Below, in pieces: positions 1 through 8,620 of a stretch of 60,177 nt of DNA; position 1 is the first letter of the stretch, and each line of letters begins with the position of its first letter. The notes below the pieces were generated by a model that was not told the origin of the DNA, did not search any database, and saw nothing but the letters and a program-made list of their open reading frames with translations. Source of the stretch: a virus (lineage: Duplodnaviria; Caudoviricetes); IMG/VR virus record IMGVR_UViG_3300046778_000044, positions 1-60,177 of that record, one strand, 5' to 3'. A program made the translations under genes and the position numbers.

Positions 1-5
1 AGAGA

Positions 6-368
6 ATGGATACATCAGGTATCCTTTATGTACTAGCCTTTACTATTGATGATGTATCCGTTGTTAAGATCGGAGTTACATGTAGACCAAGAGTAGAAGA
101 AAGAGTATGTGAGATTCTTACCAGTATCTGGAAAAGATACAGAGTGTTTCCTGAGTTATATGTAAAGAGATTTAAGAAAGTACCCGATGTGTATTTGAAG
201 GAGAAGCAGTTGTTAACTCAATTCGCAGAACTTGCGTATACACCACAACATATATTTACTGGTTCAACCGAACTAGTAACAGCTACATTAGAAGAAGTGA
301 CGGAAGCCTATGATAATCTGACCGCAGATATTGAGGCCAATCCTGATACTCAAGAGGAAGTCGTATGA
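6..368 (+). CDS. Stand-alone GIY-YIG-superfamily (T5orf172/MUG113-like) nuclease domain
   Basis: LYVL...KIGVT...ERV...EKQL...GSTEL pattern; similar to the C-terminal domain of 38609..39349. Confidence 0.6.
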   Translation: MDTSGILYVLAFTIDDVSVVKIGVTCRPRVEERVCEILTSIWKRYRVFPELYVKRFKKVPDVYLKEKQLLTQFAELAYTPQHIFTGSTELVTATLEEVTEAYDNLTADIEANPDTQEEVV

Positions 369-1090
369 CCCAAGAATTAATTAAGGCTATCACCTTAGAA
401 GATATTAAAGCAGCAGTTCCTTCCAAGAAGAATGCTATTACACCTGAGATTGTTGAGCTGATTAATAAGAGTCAGACTGAACCTGAGTTTCAAGGTGAGT
501 CATTGTTGTCTACTTTGACTACTTATGAGAATGTTATTGCTGGCCGATCAGGCGTAGGTATGAAGGACTATGTTAATGCAGTTAGATTCTGTGCGTATCT
601 CATGACAGTAGATGATAACTATACTGAAGCTTATGTTAAGACTTTCCGTGAACGTGACTTTGTTAAAGAACGTATTGGTGCTTCTACACAGTCTATTGAA
701 TACCGCGAGTTAACTAAGGCTGCTAGTAGATACCGTGCCAGTAAGCTAGTAGTAGACATCCTGACCATATCTCAGGTACCCCTTGATTTAATGTTCACTG
801 GTGCGCGTTACAGGGCGGTTGGTGTGCTTGCCACGCTCATGGAAACTGCTAAGTATGATAAGGATCGTATCAATGCTGCTAAAGAATTGTTAGCTGCTAC
901 TAAAGGTCCAGAGAAACTACAGGTTTCATTGGGTGTTGGAGCAGGTGAAAGCTCAGCCATTGATAGACTCCAAGAACAACTTGTTCTTATTGCTGCTCGT
1001 CAAAGTAAGTTATTAGCTGCGGGTGCTTCTACATTAGAAGAACTTGGAGCAATTAAAGTAGCACATGATGACGTAGTATCGGAGCAATAA
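365..1090 (+). CDS. Putative terminase small subunit (N4 gp69 position)
   Basis: Directly upstream of TerL; synteny only. Confidence 0.55.
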   Translation: MTQELIKAITLEDIKAAVPSKKNAITPEIVELINKSQTEPEFQGESLLSTLTTYENVIAGRSGVGMKDYVNAVRFCAYLMTVDDNYTEAYVKTFRERDFVKERIGASTQSIEYRELTKAASRYRASKLVVDILTISQVPLDLMFTGARYRAVGVLATLMETAKYDKDRINAAKELLAATKGPEKLQVSLGVGAGESSAIDRLQEQLVLIAARQSKLLAAGASTLEELGAIKVAHDDVVSEQ

Positions 1091-1091
1091 T

Positions 1092-2726
1092 ATGAGTGAA
1101 GAATTAGCTGCCGAACTAGGATTTGATTTTAGTAATGATGACTTTGGTGGTACTTATGTACCGTCAGAAGAGTCTATTAAGTTTATTGCATTTATTAGAT
1201 TAACAGGTAATGAGAGTAACTCATCTCCTGTAGCTCACTATAAGATTGGTGATGCTTTGTTCTCTAAGAATGAAGTTGATTGGTATACATTGATTGAGTG
1301 TCTTCGGGGTATGGGTAAGTCTACCCTGATTGAATACGCAGTTATATACGTAGCCTCATTGGGTTACTGGCCTAACTTTGGACCTGTACCATTCATCGTA
1401 TTTCTGGGTGCGTCACAAGACGGTAACGTTAAACAGTTCTTTAAGAACGTTGCTAGTAAGATAGAGAATAGTCCGTTCTTACGTCAGTTATTAACTGTAC
1501 CTCGTTGTGTTGATAATGAAATTGAGATGATCAATAACAGAGGTGTAGAACTTATTGTTACTGGTCGAGGAATGAATACCAACTGGCGTGGTGTGAGATC
1601 TAAACGTGGTGCTCGTCCTAGCATTCTTATTGCGGATGACATCTTGGGTAATGATGTGATGACGTCTCAGACTATTCGTGAGACTGTTGAGACTAACTGG
1701 TTTAACTCCGCACTACCTGCGCTAGACCCAATTAAACATAAAGTATTTTATATTGGTACTCCATTATCTGACCAAGATCTGTTAGCTAAGTTGAAGAATA
1801 GTGGTTCTTATAACGTAATTAGATTTCCCTTGTGTCCTAAGTTTCCAGTAGATGAAGCAGACTTTGTGAGTATATGGCCTGAACGTTTTACTTATACTTA
1901 TACATTGAAGATGTACAATCAATTTATCAGTACTGGTAAATCACGTAGTTTCTATACGGAATACATGTTGGAATTAACTGACTTAACTGCATTGATCGTT
2001 GAACCTGATATGATTAAATGGTTTGACTTGTCTTTATTTACTAAGAATAAAAAAGAAGCATACAATTATTATATTGTTACTGACTGGGCTACATCTGTTA
2101 AGAAGAAAGCCGACTGGAGCTGTATTGCTGTATTTGCTATTGCTTCCAATGGAGCTTGGTTTCTTGTAGATGGTCAGGCTAAACGCCAAACGATGCAAGA
2201 TAACCTAGAAGATATCTTTTATTATGTACGTAAATGGAAACCGTTGTCTGTAGGTATGGAAACCAGTGGTCAACAGGGGGGGTTCCTTAGTATTATCAAT
2301 ACGATGATGATGGAAAAGAACCTCTGGTTCCAGCTCGCTAAGAAACGTGGAAGCAAAGAGTTTGGTATTAGACCTGTGAAAGATAAGCTACATCGCTTTG
2401 TTACAGGGGTTGCTCCTATGTTTGAACAAGGTAAAGTGTGGTTACCTCAACCTGATCCGATTAAATTAATTAATCCTAATTTGTATACATTAGTCCAAGA
2501 AATGGATGATGAGATCAGTAAGTTAACTATGACAGGTGGTGTTGAAGCGTTAAGTCATGACGATGCTATTGACCTGTTAAACCAATTAAGTGAAATGGAA
2601 ACATACGCACCAAGTGAAGATCAGGCCGCAGATATTAGAACACCCGATGGTATACCTGCCGCTCCTAACAATCCTTGGGGAGACGAAGACAGCTATGAAT
2701 CCAGTGGAAGTAATGTAGTGTTCTAA
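1092..2726 (+). CDS. terL: Terminase large subunit
   Basis: Walker A RGMGKST, Walker B ILIADD, coupling motif IGTP, RNase H-like nuclease acids (VTDWA, DWS, HDDAID). Confidence 0.95.
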   Translation: MSEELAAELGFDFSNDDFGGTYVPSEESIKFIAFIRLTGNESNSSPVAHYKIGDALFSKNEVDWYTLIECLRGMGKSTLIEYAVIYVASLGYWPNFGPVPFIVFLGASQDGNVKQFFKNVASKIENSPFLRQLLTVPRCVDNEIEMINNRGVELIVTGRGMNTNWRGVRSKRGARPSILIADDILGNDVMTSQTIRETVETNWFNSALPALDPIKHKVFYIGTPLSDQDLLAKLKNSGSYNVIRFPLCPKFPVDEADFVSIWPERFTYTYTLKMYNQFISTGKSRSFYTEYMLELTDLTALIVEPDMIKWFDLSLFTKNKKEAYNYYIVTDWATSVKKKADWSCIAVFAIASNGAWFLVDGQAKRQTMQDNLEDIFYYVRKWKPLSVGMETSGQQGGFLSIINTMMMEKNLWFQLAKKRGSKEFGIRPVKDKLHRFVTGVAPMFEQGKVWLPQPDPIKLINPNLYTLVQEMDDEISKLTMTGGVEALSHDDAIDLLNQLSEMETYAPSEDQAADIRTPDGIPAAPNNPWGDEDSYESSGSNVVF

Positions 2727-2735
2727 GGCACTATC

Positions 2736-2744
2736 TGTTATAAT
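2736..2744 (+). promoter_or_regulatory. Extended -10 promoter element TGtTATAAT
   Basis: Perfect -10 with TGn in the gap after terL; no consensus -35. Confidence 0.5.
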
Positions 2745-2773
2745 TCTACTTACAAAAATTATCAAGGTGCTCT

Positions 2774-3391
2774 ATGAAAATATCTGATGTTATTAATCTT
2801 GCTAAAGTGAGCGAATTAAACACGTTAGCTGTAAAGGATAATATTCCAGCATTGATTAACTTTATTAATTTAGGGTTACTTGAACTGTACGCGGAATTTA
2901 ACTTATATACAGAAGAGGCTTTAATTGAGTTAGTTGAGGGTACATCGATTTATGATCTACCTGATAATTTAATGTATATTACTGGAGCCTTTGAAGCTCC
3001 TCCTGAAGGTTCTTGTCTTAATGCTAATCCTTTACCTATTAATGAAGAAGGCAATCCTTATAGCGTTAATACGATTAATTTTAAACAAATACAAGTTCCT
3101 CTGACTACTACTGGTGCGTATATCAGTATTTTGTACACCCCTAGACCTCCTGAGTTTTTAGCTGCTGATGTAAGTGAAGAACTTCCATTGCCCAATCAAT
3201 TGATCCAACCTTTACTGTTATTTATGGCAGCTAAAGGTCACGGTGCTATACGTACTGATGGGCAGAGCCAAGGCGATGTGTATTTTGCTCGATTTAAACG
3301 AGCGTGTGATGAAAGAAAAACTCAAGGTGTAGTAATTGCTGCTGATGATCTCAGTATGGCTACACGAATTGGCTCTCGTGGTTTTGTTTAA
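2774..3391 (+). CDS. Virion structural protein, head-tail adaptor-like (N4 gp67 position)
   Basis: Synteny between terminase and tail fibre; IN.GL.ELY and YDLP.N motifs typical of podovirus adaptor proteins. Confidence 0.6.
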   Translation: MKISDVINLAKVSELNTLAVKDNIPALINFINLGLLELYAEFNLYTEEALIELVEGTSIYDLPDNLMYITGAFEAPPEGSCLNANPLPINEEGNPYSVNTINFKQIQVPLTTTGAYISILYTPRPPEFLAADVSEELPLPNQLIQPLLLFMAAKGHGAIRTDGQSQGDVYFARFKRACDERKTQGVVIAADDLSMATRIGSRGFV

Positions 3392-3406
3392 TAGAGGATT
3401 ATGTAA

Positions 3407-6400
3407 ATGACAAGACGAGCAAGTACGTTAAATGGTACTGATTCAGGAATTTCTCGTGAAATAGGTGTTCAGTACGCTAACGTTAAAATTGTAGCTGAGC
3501 ATATTGATACGATTATCGAACTGGCTGAGTTGAACCTGACCGCAGTTTTAGACGGCAAAGTAGATAAGGTCGCAGGTAAAGAACTTTCAGATAATAACTA
3601 TACTGATGACGAAAAAACTAAGTTAGCTGGTCTTGAAGGTACGCACTTTAAAGGTGAATTCGTATCCCTACCCGCTTTACAAACTGCATGGAGTGTAGCT
3701 TCTGTTGGTGACTACGCTAACGTGGACACAGGTATTGGTTCTGATGTATTGCGTTTTGTGTGGGATGATAGTGACCAAAAATGGGTTGAACAAATAGGTG
3801 TAAGCACACAACTTACTGGCTCTCAGATTAAGATTATGTACGAGGACCAACCAGATACTAATGCCTTCACTGATACTGAGAAAGCTAAACTAGCTGCTTA
3901 TTCTAGCACTCCTTTATCTGGGTCTACATCTGTTTTAATAGACGTGGCTACTCGGCAGATACGTACTCAAGCAGTTACAGGAGATGTGTCGATCCCACAG
4001 AATGGGGTAGTTGCTACAATAACTAATAAAGCAGTCAGTAATACTAAATTAGCTGACATGGCAGGCGACACTGTTAAAGGTAAAGTAGGCACTGCAGGTA
4101 CGCCAACAGATTTAACTCCTACTGACCTTCGTACTATGCTAAATGTGGCTGCAGGTGCTACAGTAGGGGCTGATTGGAATACTAATTTAAGTAATATACC
4201 TGCTCCTTTAGTAGGTATTACAACTACTGGTGCTAGTCTTTTACAAACTCTATCATTAGTGACTATTTCTTTTCCGCGTATGAATGCTGACCGAACTGTG
4301 ACTTACTTATCAGCCTCTGATTTATTAGCGGCTATTAGTGGTGTTAGTCTTGACACTGCTCAAACAATTACTGGTAGTAAAACTTTTAGTGCAGCTGTAT
4401 CTGTAGCTAGCTTAGGAAGTAGTGGTACTATCGGAGCAGCAGGTGCAATAACTTCGGGCACATCAGTTGGCGCTCCAGCAATGAGTGGAGGCACTGCTAA
4501 CTTTGGTACTTATTCTGGTGGACCAGCCGTTCTTACCGGTACTTCGCAACTTGACTTTTTGGGACTTGGAACTTCGTCGCTTGGATCAGATAGACTTAGG
4601 GTTAATGGTACTAGTACTTTTTATGGACACGCTGTAGTTAATGGTAATGTTACGGCTACTAATTTAATTGGTGCAGGTAGCGGCATTACTGGTCTGACTA
4701 AAAGCCAAGTCGGTTTAAGTAATGTTGATAATACCTCAGATGTTAATAAACCTATAAGCTCAGCTGTACAAACTGAATTTAATACTCGCTTAGGAACAAG
4801 TGGTAATTTAGGAACGTTGGCTCAACAAAACGCTAACGCTGTTGTGTTAACAGGTGGAACTGCAGACAACCTAGTTATTGGAGGTACGACCCGTGCTGCT
4901 GCTCGTGTAACCAGTATTGATGTTAGTACTGATTTAACCTTGTCCGGTACTTCTAGAAAAATATTAGGTAATTTTCAAGGTTCATCTATCAGTAGCCGAA
5001 CTTTAATCCAAAGTAACGTGGCTGATACAGCTACTAGAGTTACTGTAGTCCCTAATGGGACTGCAACTATAGCTTCTTTTGAGGCTTTTTTTAGTTCTAC
5101 TGATCCTGATAATTCTTCTGGTGCTAGAGTTACAGCTACTTCTGCGGATATACGATTAGAATCCATTATTTCTGGTACTGGCAGCTATTTACCTCTTAAT
5201 TTATATAATGGTGGGGCAATTGGCCTTACTATTGCTATTAATAGAGATGTTAGCGTAGTTAGTGATTTTAGTATGACGGGTTCTGGTAAGAGATTTAAAG
5301 CAGATTTCAGTAATGCTACTGTTGGGTCTAGAACTTCGTTTCAATCTAGTACCACGAACGGTAATACGATTGTAAACTTTCTTCCTAATGGAACTGCTAC
5401 TACAACAGCTCTTAACGTTTACAACTCTAGTGATACTACAAACCATGCTCGGGGTACGTTATCTGTTGATACTGCTAAGGTTCAATTAAGATCAGAAGTT
5501 GGAGGTTCTGGAACACAACTTCCTATTGAAATTTTTGTTAACGGAGCAGTTAGTCAATACCTTCAAACTGATGGAACTGTTAAATTTCCTAGAGGCAGTG
5601 TTACTATTGACGTGCCTTCTGGTCAGTCTAGTTTATATCTTTCTCAAGCCGGAACTGTTAATGGCAGAATTTACGCTGCAGGCGGCGCAGGCACAGATGT
5701 AGTCATAGATGCTAACAGATTTATTACTCTTAATCCTACTTCTAATTTTTCAGTAAATTATGCTGGGGTGTCTAAACTATCAGTTAGTCCCGTTGGCGAT
5801 ACTGTTGTAGCCGGGTCAATGACTGCTGCAAATTTTTACGGAAACGGTTTTAACTTGACACAGCTTAATGCGTCCGAAGTAAAAAACGGTTTGTTACCTA
5901 GTAATATTTTCCCGAGTACTATTAGTGCTGCTACAATTACGTTTGCTGGCGCAATTACTATTAAAGGCGGTGGTTCGTATAACCGTTTAGTGTTGGATAA
6001 TACCGATACAACGCTTAGAAACATAAATGGTAATAGTGTATTTAATGCATCCGCTACTGACTTATCAGTACAGAGAGATGGCAACATTACACTATCTGCG
6101 TCATCTACAACCACACAACTGTTTAGTCGTACCGGTAACATAGCTGCTGTTTTTGACGCTAGTACCTCACAATTGCACGGTCCCGGAGGTGCACCTTTTG
6201 TACAAGCAAGTACATCAGTAACTAAATTGAATGCTGCATCCGGAGCACCTTCAATTGAGATTGACTCGTCAGGGTCTGCTATGATAAAGTTTCCACAATA
6301 TCTAGTTAGTACTAAACCTAGTGCAAGTGCAAACTCACAAAGAGTTATTATTATTAGCGATGCTGCTTTAGGCTACGGGTTATATATTTCTGACGGAACT

Positions 6401-6439
6401 AATTGGCGTAGTGCACAAACAGGTACTGTACAGGCTTAA
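3407..6439 (+). CDS. Tail fibre / appendage protein
   Basis: 1010 aa, G/S/T-rich; fibre motifs LSDNNYTDDEKTKL and VGLSNVDNTSDVNKPIS; internal ~100-aa repeat. Confidence 0.85.
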   Translation: MTRRASTLNGTDSGISREIGVQYANVKIVAEHIDTIIELAELNLTAVLDGKVDKVAGKELSDNNYTDDEKTKLAGLEGTHFKGEFVSLPALQTAWSVASVGDYANVDTGIGSDVLRFVWDDSDQKWVEQIGVSTQLTGSQIKIMYEDQPDTNAFTDTEKAKLAAYSSTPLSGSTSVLIDVATRQIRTQAVTGDVSIPQNGVVATITNKAVSNTKLADMAGDTVKGKVGTAGTPTDLTPTDLRTMLNVAAGATVGADWNTNLSNIPAPLVGITTTGASLLQTLSLVTISFPRMNADRTVTYLSASDLLAAISGVSLDTAQTITGSKTFSAAVSVASLGSSGTIGAAGAITSGTSVGAPAMSGGTANFGTYSGGPAVLTGTSQLDFLGLGTSSLGSDRLRVNGTSTFYGHAVVNGNVTATNLIGAGSGITGLTKSQVGLSNVDNTSDVNKPISSAVQTEFNTRLGTSGNLGTLAQQNANAVVLTGGTADNLVIGGTTRAAARVTSIDVSTDLTLSGTSRKILGNFQGSSISSRTLIQSNVADTATRVTVVPNGTATIASFEAFFSSTDPDNSSGARVTATSADIRLESIISGTGSYLPLNLYNGGAIGLTIAINRDVSVVSDFSMTGSGKRFKADFSNATVGSRTSFQSSTTNGNTIVNFLPNGTATTTALNVYNSSDTTNHARGTLSVDTAKVQLRSEVGGSGTQLPIEIFVNGAVSQYLQTDGTVKFPRGSVTIDVPSGQSSLYLSQAGTVNGRIYAAGGAGTDVVIDANRFITLNPTSNFSVNYAGVSKLSVSPVGDTVVAGSMTAANFYGNGFNLTQLNASEVKNGLLPSNIFPSTISAATITFAGAITIKGGGSYNRLVLDNTDTTLRNINGNSVFNASATDLSVQRDGNITLSASSTTTQLFSRTGNIAAVFDASTSQLHGPGGAPFVQASTSVTKLNAASGAPSIEIDSSGSAMIKFPQYLVSTKPSASANSQRVIIISDAALGYGLYISDGTNWRSAQTGTVQA
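4931..5548 (+). repeat. Tandem duplicated ~100-110 aa module in the tail fibre
   Basis: DLTLSG...SRTLIQS...PNGTAT...SSTD...LPL and DFSMTG...SRTSFQS...PNGTAT...NSSD...LPI. Confidence 0.75.
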
Positions 6440-6470
6440 GTACTTAACATAAAATAATTGGAGTCAAAAA

Positions 6471-6947
6471 ATGGCAGTTGAAAAAAGAGTGTCCCCTTAT
6501 GAAGTACTGTTTCGATTTGATCAGAATACAGGTGTTGTTTTGGGTGCCCATGAGAAAAAACTTGAGACTGTTATAGATACAGTTTCAGGAGAGGTATACG
6601 CAGTACGTGAGTTACCTCCTCAAGATATTCTACCACAGGCGTATTTAGATGCTGCTATTGGTTCTGTGTGTACAGGATTAACCTCAGCACTGTCTGAAGC
6701 TAACGCAGCTTTAACTAATGAGGTAGCAGCTAAACTTCAAGTGAGTGTACAAGCTGATACTAATATTAGAACACTTACAGAAGCGCATTTATTGGAAGTG
6801 GCAGAGCTTAAACAAACGCATCAAACAACTATTAGAGAGATTACAGAAAGTCGTGATTTAGCTGTAACTCAAAATATTAGTTTAACTGCTCGCGTAGCTG
6901 AACTAGTCGCTATTATACAAGAACTTGAAAGTAAAATTAGTGAGTAG
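6471..6947 (+). CDS. Hypothetical protein, possible tail fibre assembly partner with C-terminal coiled coil
   Basis: GGAG RBS; follows the fibre gene; heptad-like C-terminus. Confidence 0.5.
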   Translation: MAVEKRVSPYEVLFRFDQNTGVVLGAHEKKLETVIDTVSGEVYAVRELPPQDILPQAYLDAAIGSVCTGLTSALSEANAALTNEVAAKLQVSVQADTNIRTLTEAHLLEVAELKQTHQTTIREITESRDLAVTQNISLTARVAELVAIIQELESKISE

Positions 6948-6966
6948 AGTTTATCTCTACTTTTTT
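6943..6966 (+). terminator. Intrinsic terminator
   Basis: agtagag-tttat-ctctact followed by a T-tract. Confidence 0.75.
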
Positions 6967-6992
6967 ATATTAACACCAATAAGGGGTTGTTC

Positions 6993-7202
6993 ATGGACAC
7001 AAACGTAAAAGATAAAGATGAAGGTATTTTAGGAGACGGTTTAGCTGAACAGGCACGTAAAAATTTACGTAATCGTCAGCAACAGTTAGATGATATTTTA
7101 GGCGACATCACACAAGCTACACCACCAACTTCTAAAACTACTACAGTTAAAGTCGACCCTGTAAAAAAACCTGAGAAACTTGACCGTTCTACAGTGAAAT
7201 GA
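6993..7202 (+). CDS. Small hypothetical protein
   Basis: ATG at 6993 after AAGGGG; stop overlaps the holin reading frame. Confidence 0.6.
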   Translation: MDTNVKDKDEGILGDGLAEQARKNLRNRQQQLDDILGDITQATPPTSKTTTVKVDPVKKPEKLDRSTVK

Positions 7203-7213
7203 GGAATAAAATC

Positions 7214-7540
7214 ATGTATAATAAACCTTTTGTTCTAGAAGGAACCACTATGTACGATCTTCCTATTTCTGCTGCAAATAAGTATGGTATAGCAGGTGGT
7301 TCATTAACCTATGCTTATGGTTGGCTTACTGACAGCTCTAATGCTGTTTTTATCGGTGTGGTTGTAACACTAATAGGTCTTATTATCTCTGCTGTAAGTC
7401 AATTTTTAAGAAATAGACGTGAAACACGAGCTGCGCAGTTGAATGAAGAACTTGCTCGTAAAGAAGAAGCTAGACGACAAGAGATTCATGAACTTACTAT
7501 TCGAAGTTTAACAGCTAATAAAATCATAGAGGCTGCATAA
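7214..7540 (+). CDS. Holin (alternative in-frame starts at 7214 and 7250)
   Basis: Hydrophobic segments plus a charged C-terminal tail; immediately upstream of the endolysin. Confidence 0.75.
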   Translation: MYNKPFVLEGTTMYDLPISAANKYGIAGGSLTYAYGWLTDSSNAVFIGVVVTLIGLIISAVSQFLRNRRETRAAQLNEELARKEEARRQEIHELTIRSLTANKIIEAA

Positions 7541-7542
7541 CC

Positions 7543-8127
7543 ATGGCTACACTAAAGAAAACAGGTGCTGGACTCGCAGGTATAATCGGTGTGATTATAC
7601 TTTCTGTCTTTTCATTTGAGGGCGGCTTCACTGATAACCCTAGTGACCCCGGTGGCGTTACTATGTACGGCATTACTGAGAAAGTAGCACGTGCTAACGG
7701 ATATAAAGGTCCAATGAAGGAGTTATCTAAAGAGTTAGCTTCAGATATATACTCAAGAGAATATGTATATGGACCCGGTTATGACAAAATTATTGCTGAA
7801 GTACCTGCTATAGGGCATAAACTGGTTGATGCTAGCGTTAACCTCGGTACTAAGGTAGAAACCAAATTTTTCCAAAAAGCACTAAATTCGCTAAATGGCG
7901 GTAAAACGCCAAATATTGCTGTAGATGGCCAAATTGGTCAAAGTACGATAAATGCACTAAAACAACTAGAAACGCGTTTAGGGCCTCAAAAGGCTTGTGT
8001 GTTGTTAATTCGTTTATTGGATGGCCAGCAAGCTGTACATTATATGGAATTAACTAATTTGAAAATGTTTACGGTTGGCTGGACTGACTATAGAATCGGG
8101 AATGTAAATTGTGATACAGTCTATTAA
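7543..8127 (+). CDS. Endolysin, glycoside hydrolase family 108 with N-terminal SAR-like segment
   Basis: EGGF.DNP.DPGG.T.YGIT motif; VDG.IG..T peptidoglycan-binding region; G/A-rich N-terminal hydrophobic helix. Confidence 0.9.
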   Translation: MATLKKTGAGLAGIIGVIILSVFSFEGGFTDNPSDPGGVTMYGITEKVARANGYKGPMKELSKELASDIYSREYVYGPGYDKIIAEVPAIGHKLVDASVNLGTKVETKFFQKALNSLNGGKTPNIAVDGQIGQSTINALKQLETRLGPQKACVLLIRLLDGQQAVHYMELTNLKMFTVGWTDYRIGNVNCDTVY

Positions 8128-8620
8128 AGGTTGGTTAATTGCTGGTATACTGTCAACTGTAGCATATACAGGTACTGTGTTTTATTTTGCTAAAGGTTAC
8201 GGTGAAGCTAAAGCTGCTGAACAATTAGCAACGTATATTGCTGCACAAGATGCTATAATAGCTCAAGCTACAATAGATAAACTAAAAACTGAGACAAAAC
8301 TTAAAGAGTTTAATGATCAGTTTTCTCAAGAATTAACAGGACTTCGTCTTAAATATGAAAAAGATATTTTGGTTAGTAATACCACTCATACTACTCGGGT
8401 GCAGCACCTTGAAACCCGTATCCGTGGTTACGAACGCCTGTCCAGTTCCAGCGACGTTGACTGCCGAGCAGTTGCAGACTCTGCAGCCAGACTCGACCGA
8501 CTTGCTACTGAGGGCAGACAACTGGTTGAAGACTTACGACGAGCTGTGGTCCTCAGAGACAAACAATTAACAAATATTGGGGAAACCATAGCATATGAAC
8601 GAACAGTCACTGGAAAATGA
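8111..8620 (+). CDS. Rz-like inner-membrane spanin
   Basis: N-terminal transmembrane segment, periplasmic coiled coil and a Cys; follows the endolysin. Confidence 0.85.
   Translation: MIQSIKGWLIAGILSTVAYTGTVFYFAKGYGEAKAAEQLATYIAAQDAIIAQATIDKLKTETKLKEFNDQFSQELTGLRLKYEKDILVSNTTHTTRVQHLETRIRGYERLSSSSDVDCRAVADSAARLDRLATEGRQLVEDLRRAVVLRDKQLTNIGETIAYERTVTGK
8355..8570 (+). CDS. Rz1-like outer-membrane lipoprotein spanin, fully embedded in Rz in the +1 frame
   Basis: Signal peptide MKKIFWLVIPLILLG-C with lipobox, then CPVP; classic nested architecture. Confidence 0.85.
   Translation: MKKIFWLVIPLILLGCSTLKPVSVVTNACPVPATLTAEQLQTLQPDSTDLLLRADNWLKTYDELWSSETNN

Noticed and set aside
8355-8570. Nested gene as a novelty
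   Set aside because: Embedded Rz1 within Rz is a well-established spanin architecture
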